Shown here: positions 52,980-64,000 of the stretch, in pieces | Layout: each line of letters opens with the position of its first letter | Numbering within the stretch: position 1 is the first letter of the stretch | Assembly (NCBI GenBank): GCA_951406725.2 | Contig: OX597842.1 | Coordinates: 6,014,001 to 6,078,000, forward strand | Direction: 5' to 3' | Origin: Octopus vulgaris | Lineage: Eukaryota | Length of the DNA: 64,000 nt | Translations under genes and position numbers: made by a program | Notes under the pieces: generated by a model | What the model was told of the DNA's origin: nothing | What the model saw: only the letters and a program-made list of their open reading frames with translations | Database searches by the model: none

Positions 52980-54050
52980 ACTCAAAGAACTGTCCTCATG
53001 AAATACCGTTGTTGTTTAATATTTAGAAAAAACAATATTTTGAAAACGTTTCGAAACAAACATATTTTTTTTACTGCCCGAACTAAGTGGATATTAAAGG
53101 AAGCTGGAACTTACACAAAAGATACTTAGCTTCGTGCACACAAGGCGCTTATAACCCAGTTCTTTTGTTAAAGCCGTTACTTCTATGAAGCAATTCTTAA
53201 TTTTTCACTCAAAGGTCATACAGCATGTTTCACTTGTAGCTGCCGCTCCTCTACAGTTGTGCCTTATTTTCAATCGATCAAATAATTCTGAATTCGTGAA
53301 AACATGCATCACATAACAACCATATAAATTTCGAGAAAGCCGTAGCACATTTTTATCAGGCCTGACAAAATGAATGTTTGTGCCTTTCATGTCGTTTTTT
53401 GAATGTTAATGCAGTTACCACAGTGTATAATTTAGATTCATACTTTCACACTGTACACTACCAACTTTGTCAAACAGTTATCATGAAGAGAGCAATTCTC
53501 ACGAATTCTGAGGTTGCATGATTCGTGTTGGTTGGCCGGTTGCCTATGTTTTTCATCCACCTCTGCAGCATTATGACCTCTGATATTACAACCGAAATAC
53601 TTACTAGCTGAGTGTACACACACACACACAACTCTGGCATTCAAATGACTCAATAATACAGTCTTTGAATATAACACGCACATATTCACGTTTAAGAACA
53701 GATTTATTAAAGAACGACTCGGTATCGATCCATTATCCTCAAGCGCCTCTGCCAAGATTCGTTGCTTGAATTAAGATATGGTTTTAAACCAACAATCCTA
53801 TATTTGATATTACATAACATCAATTACAAAGCCGTCTACACAGACCATCAAGTAGACTTCCCGACATTTATTTCAGCCAGTCACATCTTGAGTCTGGTGT
53901 CACAAATACATCACCCGTTCAGCAAACACATAACCCAACATATATATCAGCCAACCATATGAAAAGTCGGTTGACATCAAAATGGAACTTCAGAATATTC
54001 AATAATATAACGCCATTTTGTTACAAGTAAGGATTTGATCCTATCTTCTT
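52980..54050 (-). mobile_element. Degenerate Penelope-like element (GIY-YIG region)
   Basis: Encodes NIRGHN..SCNLRIRENCSLHDNCLTKLVVYSVKV and FKKRHERHKHSF. Confidence 0.7.
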
Positions 54051-54342
54051 TTGAGAGATGCCACAATTGCACCTGGCGGATTACTTTACAGTGGGATGCT
54101 ATTTGTTTGTTTGATTTTATTTTTTATTCTTTTATTTGTTTCAGTCATTTGACTGCGGCCATGCTGCAACAACATTATATATATATATATATGAATACAA
54201 AAATGGGATAAGAATGCAAAACATTCAGACTTAGGTGATACAAAAAAGTGACATGTATCATGTTGTTAATACTCCTTGATATCCCAACCCATAGAACAAG
54301 AGTTAGGAGTCAAAAATATCTCCCAGTTGGGAATCTTACATA

Positions 54343-54889
54343 TCTCTCTCTATATAAATGGCAGTTTGTCTGTCTGTGTGTCTGTGTGTCTGATAGGTTG
54401 TACCCTCACCCTGACCACGGCTTTCAACCGATTCTGATGAAACTAAACACAAACTTCGCCCAATGTCATAATTCAAAACTAACGCAGCGAAAATTTTGAA
54501 AAGTTCCCTCAGTTCTGAAAAAAATCGATAAATTCGTCATGGGGTCGAGAATCTCAGCTTTTTATATGCAACACATTTTCTGTTGTAGTTTTCGCAACTT
54601 GCAATCGATTTTCACCAAACTCATGGTGAAGCTTAATGTTACCCAAAGAAACTTAATTCTGACGTTAGTTTTCCATGCAATACCTTACCATCAGAAAAAT
54701 CGATAAAATCATGCCATTTTGGGAAATCGCGTTTTCGCCCAAAGGGACAGATAGGAACGTCGTATACGCAGAAGACATTGCAACCTACACTTGCGCATTC
54801 GTTCCCTAGAGGGAAAGGACTAGATTGGGATTAGTCATTGCCTACTAGGGGCTCTTACATACCCGGGCAACGCCGGGCTATGCTGCTAG
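54343..54889 (+). mobile_element. Non-autonomous Helitron with both ends
   Basis: A|TC 5' end, 3' hairpin cccgggcaacgccggg, and CTAG|T. Confidence 0.85.
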
Positions 54890-56478
54890 TCAACCCTAAA
54901 ACAGGAATTGGGCGCTACTTTTGACTCACTATGTATATATGTATATATGTATTTGTGTATACACACGCGCGCACGCACACACACACACACACACACAATG
55001 AAAGTGACTCTAAATATAATACGTTCACACATAAGGCATTCGACTAAGATTTTCTCTAGCACATTTTAACAATCGTCAGATTGTAAAATAACTCGAGTAA
55101 ATATGTTAATTTAAGAAAATATCACCGTCTTTATCTTCATTCAATAATAACAATCTGACCACCACATTGTCTTCTATGTTACATTTGGTGACTCGTCGTT
55201 CGATTTAATGACCTGTCGATAATTTCTCCCCAACATTCGATTCCCTGCTATAATTGATGACCTCTTGAGTATTTATTGTATCTTATAAGGGTGGTGATTG
55301 GGGGGTGGGATAAATAGCCAGTATTATCGAACTGGGTATATTTACAGAGTTGTTAGTCGCTAATGTTGTTAACCTTGTCTATTAGCGAGATACTGTTCCA
55401 TACAGAAAAGGGATTTGACATTTTCTTTTATATACCAAGTAAAATCAATTACCGGATTTGCACGTTAGCTGTTTCTAATTCGGTTTAGGCGCGATTGATT
55501 AGTCTGCATCCAGGGGTTTCGGTTGGTGATCGTTAAAGAGTAAGAAATGGCCACTTAGTGGGTAGGGTAAATATACTGCTGCTGCTGCTGCTGCAACTAC
55601 CGCAGCTACTATTACTACTACCAATACTACTACAACTACTACTATTGTTGCTGCTGCTGCTGCTGTTGCTGCTACTACTACTACTACTACATAAAATACA
55701 AAAAACAAAGTTATATCTTGATATCGCTAGTGATAACAATACTCAAAATATATAACAGACTGGAATTGTTAGCCCGTCTCTTGTAATTTCGATCAATTGT
55801 ATCTTGTCCTCCCTCTTATAGAAGTGTGGCTACAATCCAGCCTACCTCTACTTCTGGGGGGGGGGGGTATTTAATTTTTTTTCCGGGACGTCCTATGTCC
55901 CAGATATAAAGGTAAAAATAAAATATTTCCACTTTGCAAGTTCGAGTCGAGTACTCCCTTGCACGCTCCGTTGACTTGAACCTTGCTTCTATTGTGGCGA
56001 ATTTACCGCCTCTGATTAGATACCTTTCATAGTCGCACCAAGACACTTTTCGAAGGTGCTTTCTTCCATGTGTTCAAATCTTTTTTCTCTACATTATATA
56101 CTTTATAGACAATAGTCTTTTCTTTAATTTAATTTTTTATTATCCATCTGGACTATTCCATTTCTGCAGGCCAATTTTATTTTTAATTTATTCCCATTCA
56201 TGTGAAACCACTTATTCAAGTTCAAATCATTGATACAATTTTATACCAATTGCTATTTTTACTTTTGTTATGTTACGATTATATTATACATATATATAGG
56301 CGTAGTTATGTGATAAGAAGTTTGCTTCCCAACCACATGGTTCTTCATTCAGCCCTACCGCGTGGTACCTTTGGGCGGTTTCTACTATCAAAGCACTTGT
56401 GAGTGGATTTGGTAGACAGAAACTGAAAGGAAGCCTGTCATATGTGTGTGTGCGTGTGCGTGTGTATATAGGTTACTT

Positions 56479-56572
<94 letters not shown>

Positions 56573-56577
56573 AAGAT

Positions 56578-56720
56578 ATGTTTCTTTATTAGCCACACAG
56601 GGCTGCACACAGACGGGACAGATTACAAAGTAGAGCTTTTCTTTTTGGGGAGAAAAAAAAAGTGGAGTAGGTTTTCGATCAAAAAGGATCGTAAAAGGGA
56701 AGAAAAAATGCCAAATGTCA
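56578..56720 (-). mobile_element. Tx1-like LINE 3' end next to (GATA)n
   Basis: Minus strand tgtcccgtctgtgtgcagccctgtgtggctaataaagaaac resembles the tail at 43020-43061. Confidence 0.6.
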
Positions 56721-57313
56721 AACTGAGCAGCTGCGAATCTAAGATGTCCTTCACAAATGCACTGGGGTTCAGCAAGTTTGTTCAAAAGACAGCTGTTTCA
56801 AAAACCAGGATACCTGACGAAACTACTTAAAATTTTTGTTTGGTTGTGAAAGTATCTGGAACCACAGGCCTGGAATTGCGTTATCTCATTCAATCCTCAC
56901 TTTCCCGTATATTTTAAAAATATATTTTATTTTAAAATGGGTGAGTGACATCTGAGGGGTGTTTGAGTGTTACTATTCTAAGCATGTCCTGTAATCTCAC
57001 GTAGATTCCTAGAACGTTATCACATGATTATCGGGGTTGCTGGTACTGTTCCTGCCACTCCCGCTGTTGTTGTTGATAATGGTGGTCACTAACACACATG
57101 TATATATTCATATATACACACATACGTACATACATAGATAATATAAACAAGTGTGTGTATGTGTGCATATATACATGTATATAAATATGTGCGTGTGTAT
57201 ATATACATACATTTAAATATACATATATAAATCTATACATACACACACACAAGTATATATATATATATATACATACACATACATATATATACACACACAC
57301 ACATATCTTGTGA

Positions 57314-57638
57314 AGGCGCGTGGCTTAGTGGTTAGGGCATTCGGCTCGCGATTGTAAGGTCGTGAGTTCGATTCCCGGCGACGCGTTGAGTGCTTGAGCA
57401 AGACACTTTATTTCACGTTGCTCCAGTCCACTCAGCTGGCAAAAATGAGTTGTACCTGTATTTCAAAGGGCCGGCCTTGTACCTTGCACACTTTGTGTCA
57501 CGCTGAATCTCCCTGAGAACTACGTTATGGGTACGCGTGTCTGTGGATTGCTCAGTCACTTGCACGTTAATTTCATGAGCAGGCTGTTCCGTTGATCGTA
57601 TCAACTGGGACCCCTCGTCGTCGTAACCGACGGAGTGC
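57314..57638 (+). mobile_element. SINE family C
   Basis: Matches 21392-21707. Confidence 0.9.
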
Positions 57639-57674
57639 TCCTTTTTTTTTATATCTTCATATATAAAGACAGAC

Positions 57675-57831
57675 ACAGGAGTGGCTGTGTGGTATGAAGC
57701 TTGCTTCCCAACCACATGCTTCCAGGTTCAGTTCCACTGTGTGACACCTTGGGCAAGTGTCTTCTACTATAGCCTCGGGCCGACCAAAGCCTTGTGAGTG
57801 GATTTGGTAGACGGAAACTCAGAGAAGACTG

Positions 57832-57891
<60 letters not shown>

Positions 57892-58108
57892 ATGTGTGTA
57901 TGTATGTATTTGTGTATCTGAGTTTGTCATCTACCATCGCTTGACAATCGATGTTGGTGGGTTTACGTCCCCTTAACTTAGCGGCTCGGCAAAAAGATCG
58001 ATAGAATAAGTAGTAGGCTTACATAGAATAAATCCCGGGATCAATTTGTTTGACTAAAGGCGGTGCTCCAGCATGGCCGCAGTCAAATAACTGAAGCAAG
58101 TAAAAGAA
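57675..58108 (+). mobile_element. SINE family B
   Basis: Matches 35452-35852. Confidence 0.88.
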
Positions 58109-58792
58109 GATATATATATATATATATATACCACACGCAAAGCAACGTGAGATAAAGCATTTTTCTGAAGACCAAAACGAACCAACCAGTCTGATCCGGG
58201 AATTGCAACGACCGCACCCTAACCACGCGCAATCTCGCGATTGTGAGTACAACACCCCAGCCATGCACAATCATACGCGCGCGTGTATATGGAGGGATGT
58301 GGTGCAGTCGTTAGAATGTAGCATTTATCATCCTACGATTTGAGGATGGAGCGGTACGTTGCGTCCTTCGGCAAGGCAGTTCATTTCACATTACTGCTAC
58401 CAATTTAGCTCTGAATAAGATAAAGCCGAGTAATGGTACTGTCATCTTTTAAATCCTTGATATTCCGATTCATCGAGGGTGGGATGGCCCAGATGGTGTT
58501 TATGTCACGAGTACGTGAAAAAAATTAGCGATAGCATGGTGCCAGATCATAATCATTAGTAACGGCTATGATTATACACGCACATATGTTTGTGTGAATA
58601 CATACATACGTGCATACATATGTGTGTATATGCGTGTTTGTGTGTACACACTTATCTACACACACACAAATATATGTATGTATGTATATGGTGTGCTAGG
58701 TAGGTCTCTTTTGGTGAAAGTGACCTTCACCAGAATAAGTTGATGTCACCAGAATGAGTCCAACGATCATTAGGTCTTGCTACCCTGAGCCG

Positions 58793-58839
<47 letters not shown>

Positions 58840-58878
58840 CATACACACACACACAAAATATGTGTCTCTACACATGTG

Positions 58879-58884
<6 letters not shown>

Positions 58885-58910
<26 letters not shown>

Positions 58911-59022
58911 CATGAATGTATACATGTATGTATGAATACTTGTATGTATGTATATGTATTTATGCATGTGCATATATATATATATGTACATATATATACA
59001 TATCATATGTATGTATATGTAT

Positions 59023-59067
<45 letters not shown>

Positions 59068-59082
59068 ATATATATATATACA

Positions 59083-59126
<44 letters not shown>

Positions 59127-59244
59127 ATACATATACATACATATGATATGTATATATATGTACATATATATATATATGCACATGCATAAATACATATACA
59201 TACATACAAGTATTCATACATACATGTATACATTCATGCATACA

Positions 59245-59275
<31 letters not shown>
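58885..59275. repeat. Inverted repeat centred on (TA)n
   Basis: The irregular low-complexity arm at about 58900-59030 is an exact reverse complement of about 59118-59245. Confidence 0.9.
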
Positions 59276-59278
<3 letters not shown>

Positions 59279-59606
59279 CATACATACATATGTACATACA
59301 TATATACACACGTACATATATAAATTATCGTATATTCTTATCAGTTAGTTATCGTTGCGTTCCGAAAATAGTAGACTACACCATCACCACCACCTTAACA
59401 CACAACTGACCTTGGAGCCACAACAGCAACAGCTACATACACATGCGCGCACACGCACACTTACATGCATATGTGTGTATAGAGAGATATTTATACATGT
59501 GTTTGTGAGTAATTATATATATTTAAACACATATATACATATATCTGCATGTATATATATATATATACTGTATATGTGTAATATTACAGGTATATATATA
59601 CATACA

Positions 59607-59641
<35 letters not shown>

Positions 59642-60895
59642 TTATATATGTGCACACACACACACACACACACTAGCGATGCGTCCCATATTTGTTCCTT
59701 TCTTATGAGCAGAATCGGCACACGAGGATTATGAAGCAAACAACTCTTCTCTATAAACATGTTTTTCGGTTATTTTCTGTTGAACAATGCTGCAGTTGCC
59801 GTCAACCAAATCCAGTTACAAGTCTGTGGTTGGCCTGGGGGTACTGTAGAAAACACTTGCCCAAGGTACCATACAGAGAGATTGAACGTCGAACCCCGTG
59901 GTTGAGAAGCAAATTTCTCAACCACACAGTCATTCTTGCATCTAATGTCTGTTTACATTTGCTGTTAAATGGAGTAGTGTCCCACTATGCCTCAAAGATT
60001 ATCAAGCAGAAATCCATAAAATAAATGCCAGATTGAAATACGTACTGAGGTCAGTATGATCAATTACATTTTTGAAGATGATACCCCATCATGGTGACAG
60101 TTGAAAGACTAAACCTAGTGAAATAATGTTTAAAGACTTAATGGCTTCAAATTTAAGGCAATGGATAATGTGTTCAAAACTTCGTATTGAACTTCCACTC
60201 TATACGATAACACTGTATGTACATCTCGGTCTACTTGGCTTTCAACAATTAACAATTGTAATTTGAAGTTGAATGGTTAGCGGTAAGAAAGATGTCCAGA
60301 TTTCTTAAAAAGTTATTGTGCAAAATATAGAGAAAAAGTATGTTTTTCACCACAACTAAACACACACACATACACATGTGTCTCTGTGGTAACTTAAGCT
60401 ACAACAAATAGCAGCCAAATCTGTGTTAAATCACACACTTTCATCAAAAGAAAGACACAGATTTACAGTATTTCAGGAAGGAAAAAAAGTATGCGAGGTG
60501 TCTACTACATCAGAGGCAACTCTGGGCTAAACAAAACACAGACAAACATGCTTCACATTAAAAGATTATATACTAAATAATGCTAATGAAGTTGACAGTA
60601 TATCTTCGAAGTTTCATTCCCGGGTAAATCTCCATGGATTTTAAACATTTTCTTTATATGCTCTACCTAAAACAAAAATGGTTCAAGCAGACTTGCCTCT
60701 CTTAGCTAAAGACCACAAATTGTGCGACTCGACCTCGTTTCCGAGATAATTTTTGTAGTTAAAAAGAGTTGTTGTGCAAAATACATGCTTTATTTGGTAG
60801 CCGAAATATTACTGAATCTTTTGATACCTCTAACGTCAAAATCGGCAACTCAGTTTTCGAATCCATAAATATACATCTATCTATCTATCTATCTA

Positions 60896-60997
<102 letters not shown>

Positions 60998-61179
60998 TGT
61001 ATATATGTCAGATAATAGTTTTACTTTTTGCCCATGACACTGCATGGACCCTAAATAGGGCTCGCGTAGAATTTGAATAAAATCGTTTGGGTAGTTTTCG
61101 AGTTTTAGTGATGCACACATACAGACAATATGATAGACAGACAAACAATCTCAGCTTTATATATATATATACACAAAAA

Positions 61180-61377
61180 ATTTATAATGATATACATAAT
61201 TATAACAGGGGCTTGTCTTGTGCCTCACTACGTACTGAAAAGTAGACGTTAAAATAATGTGGTGTGATTTTTCTCGGAGGATTTATGGTGGTAATAGTGT
61301 TTTTTGACGTCTATTTTTCAGTGCGTGTGTGAGGCACATGACAAGCAATTGTTATAATTATGTATATTATTATAAAT
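61180..61377. mobile_element. MITE-like foldback
   Basis: Imperfect arms of about 75 bp (tataatgatatacataattataac..gcttgtc.tgtgcctcac..gaaaagtagacgt and its reverse complement). Confidence 0.65.
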
Positions 61378-61727
61378 TATTTGTAAAATTTACCTATGAG
61401 GTTTTTATTTACGCGCTGACCACTTGGTAAAAATTATTATATATATATATATAATTGTATATGATATATATCATAATGTTATTTATTCTCCGATTATATA
61501 AACAAATGACCGAAAAATGACGAGCTCACCTCACGCTGAATCGAACCCACAAATCGATGCTTTCATACCTTCCTGCGAATCTGATTGGCCTAACGCCCAC
61601 CCATTAATTTCAGTCAAATTTAGTTAATATATACTTAAACTGTCTTAAATAATTTTTTATAAACAAACCCGTAACTCGCAAAGCCTTTCGGGTTTGTTTA
61701 TAAAAATATTATTTATGTAGTTATATC

Positions 61728-61817
<90 letters not shown>

Positions 61818-61859
61818 TGTATGTATGCATGTATGTATGTATGTATGCATGTATGTATG

Positions 61860-61905
<46 letters not shown>

Positions 61906-61907
<2 letters not shown>

Positions 61908-62263
61908 CCAATAAAAAATGCGGACGCATACTAACAATATTCTTAACAATTAAACCTGGAAAAATAGAGGACAAAAAGAAAGTAATTGAAATTACAGCTT
62001 TAAATATTGCTGCTGAAATTAAAATTAAGAAGTATCTCTTACGTACTTTTTCATATTTCTTTTAGAATTCAATTAATTTCACTTTGCCATTTCTATTTTT
62101 ATTTTATTTTTCGTACTAAATGAATTAATAAGAAAATTAAAAATTTTAATTTTAGCACCAGTATTTTAAGCTCTAATTTTAATGATCTTTTTCTTGTCCT
62201 CTACTTTTCCAGGTTTAATTGTTAAAAATTTTGTAAGAATGCGTCCGCATTTTTCATTGGCTA
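61906..62263. mobile_element. MITE-like element with ~120-bp TIRs
   Basis: tagccaataaaaaatgcggacgcat..aattaaacctggaaaa.tagaggacaa matches the reverse complement of about 62140-62263. Confidence 0.8.
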
Positions 62264-62745
62264 GTCCATTGTTTTTACAGGCATTGCAGTAATAGTAAAA
62301 TTTTAATTAAAGATATATAAAATTACCATTTTTTGCAGTCATTCTGAATTCAAAAGTTTCCAAGAAAATTCAAACAAAATTTTGATTTTTTTTTCATTTG
62401 ACTAATTCTCATTTAGAAATTAAATTAAAAATGAATGATAATCATTGCAACTTTGCCTTTCCTGGATATAATGTACATACAGTAATTTCGGTACTGTACA
62501 CAAAGTTACAAATAAATATATTTGAAGAATTTTTAGAATAATGAAAAAGAATTACTCTTTACTCTTTTACTTGTTTCAGTCATTTGACTGCGGCCATGCT
62601 GGAGCACCGCCTTTAGTCAAGCAAATCGATCCCGGGACTTATTCTTTGTAAGCCCAGTACTTATTCTATCGGTCTATTTTGGGACGTAAACACACCAGCA
62701 TCGGTTGTCAAGCAATGCTAGGGGACAAACACAGACACACAATCC

Positions 62746-62781
<36 letters not shown>

Positions 62782-62885
62782 CCGGAGTAAACACATAAAT
62801 GTGAAACAAGGTGGAAAAAAGAGTACTCAAATACCAGTGGTAGAGTAATATGCTTTATTTTAAGCAGCAGAAAATTCAACAAAAT

Positions 62886-62923
62886 CTGTTACTCTGAGTT
62901 TCTCGTTGCCGTTCATCAGACAG
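62886..62923 (-). ncRNA. Minimal type I hammerhead ribozyme in a PLE pLTR (62781-62940)
   Basis: ctgt CTGATGA acggcaacga GAAA CTC-a-GAG TA^ acag. Confidence 0.75.
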
Positions 62924-64000
62924 TTTTTGCTAGAATGGAACATATATATTAATTCAATCTATACTCTTACAAACGCTACACCTTTAAAAAGAAATGGACT
63001 TGTTTGATTGGCCCTTTAGAAAAAACGGTCAATCTTCGAGCGATAAACAAAAAGGTCAAAAATATATGTATATATATATAAAAACTTATAAAAATTATAA
63101 AATCCGAGGAAAAAACCGAGGAAAAAACCTATTGCCGTTAATGAAGACAGTACAAATTAATGCATAGAAATTAAACCTGTTATAAATACTGCAATACATA
63201 TTTATATTAAAATCCACATATATATATATCAACATACACAAAAGGATGCGCGTAAACGCCATACATACATATACAGACGTATGAATATGAATCTAAATTA
63301 TACACATAAAAGTATGTGTACATATATTCACGCAAACCGTCTCGCACGCAAGCTAAAATTCATCTATGTAGCAATTCTCATATACTGAGCAAGGAGGGGG
63401 AACGAAAGAAAGGGAAAGAGAGAAAAAGGAACGAAGGAGGGGTGGGGGAAAAAACTTGTAGCGATATTATTGGCATCTATAGAGGCCAGTATACATACAC
63501 AAGTTTGAATTGATACATATACATACCGTCGTGTGTATGCGTGCTTAAGCACAAGCATACTTTCACTTACACATACACAGATACGCATGCTTACAAATAC
63601 ATATGCTTTGCTATACACAAACTTATATAAACATTCTAAATTTGACAACATTGCTTTTTTTAAAAAAACATTGCTTTTAAAAAATGGGTGCATTAATAAA
63701 AATATATACGAAAGACATATAAAATAAAATATAACATCCTATTTTGGGTCATTTATAAATAATCAAGGTAATATAAATAATCAAGGTAATCTTATGCAAT
63801 ACAATAACATGAAAACAAAGTTTGTAGGTTTTTCCTAATATATATGTAGAAACAATAAGACTTTGCTATAGGTCCGTCGTAGCGCTCAAGAGTCAAAATC
63901 AAAATCAAAAAATCAAAATACAAAATATATACTCTATCCATATGGTATATTTATATTCGACATTTTAAATTTAGCCGCGTGCCTACATAAGTTCATTAAC

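Overview
This is AT-rich eukaryotic DNA dense in microsatellites. The repeat repertoire suggests an octopus/cephalopod genome (inference). I found no intact host protein-coding gene, so the window looks intergenic or intronic. It consists of (TA)n/(TATG)n/(CA)n/(AAT)n tracts, at least five tRNA-derived SINE families, many Penelope-like element (PLE) fragments carrying minimal hammerhead ribozymes, and one TSD-bounded Tx1/L1-clade LINE with a nested hAT relic. It also holds relics of RTE, CRE, mariner, piggyBac, Helitron and gypsy elements, plus several MITEs. The main findings are four. (1) A PLE family carries a tRNA-like Pol III head, an (AAT)n spacer and a hammerhead in its terminal repeat, and also occurs as an ORF-less SINE/retrozyme-like unit. 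(2) The Tx1-like LINE inserted into the head of a SINE that appears to share its 3' stem-loop tail. (3) Fold-back and templated duplications recur, centred on (TA)n. (4) There are a few candidate cis-regulatory motif clusters. All calls were made by eye and coordinates are approximate.
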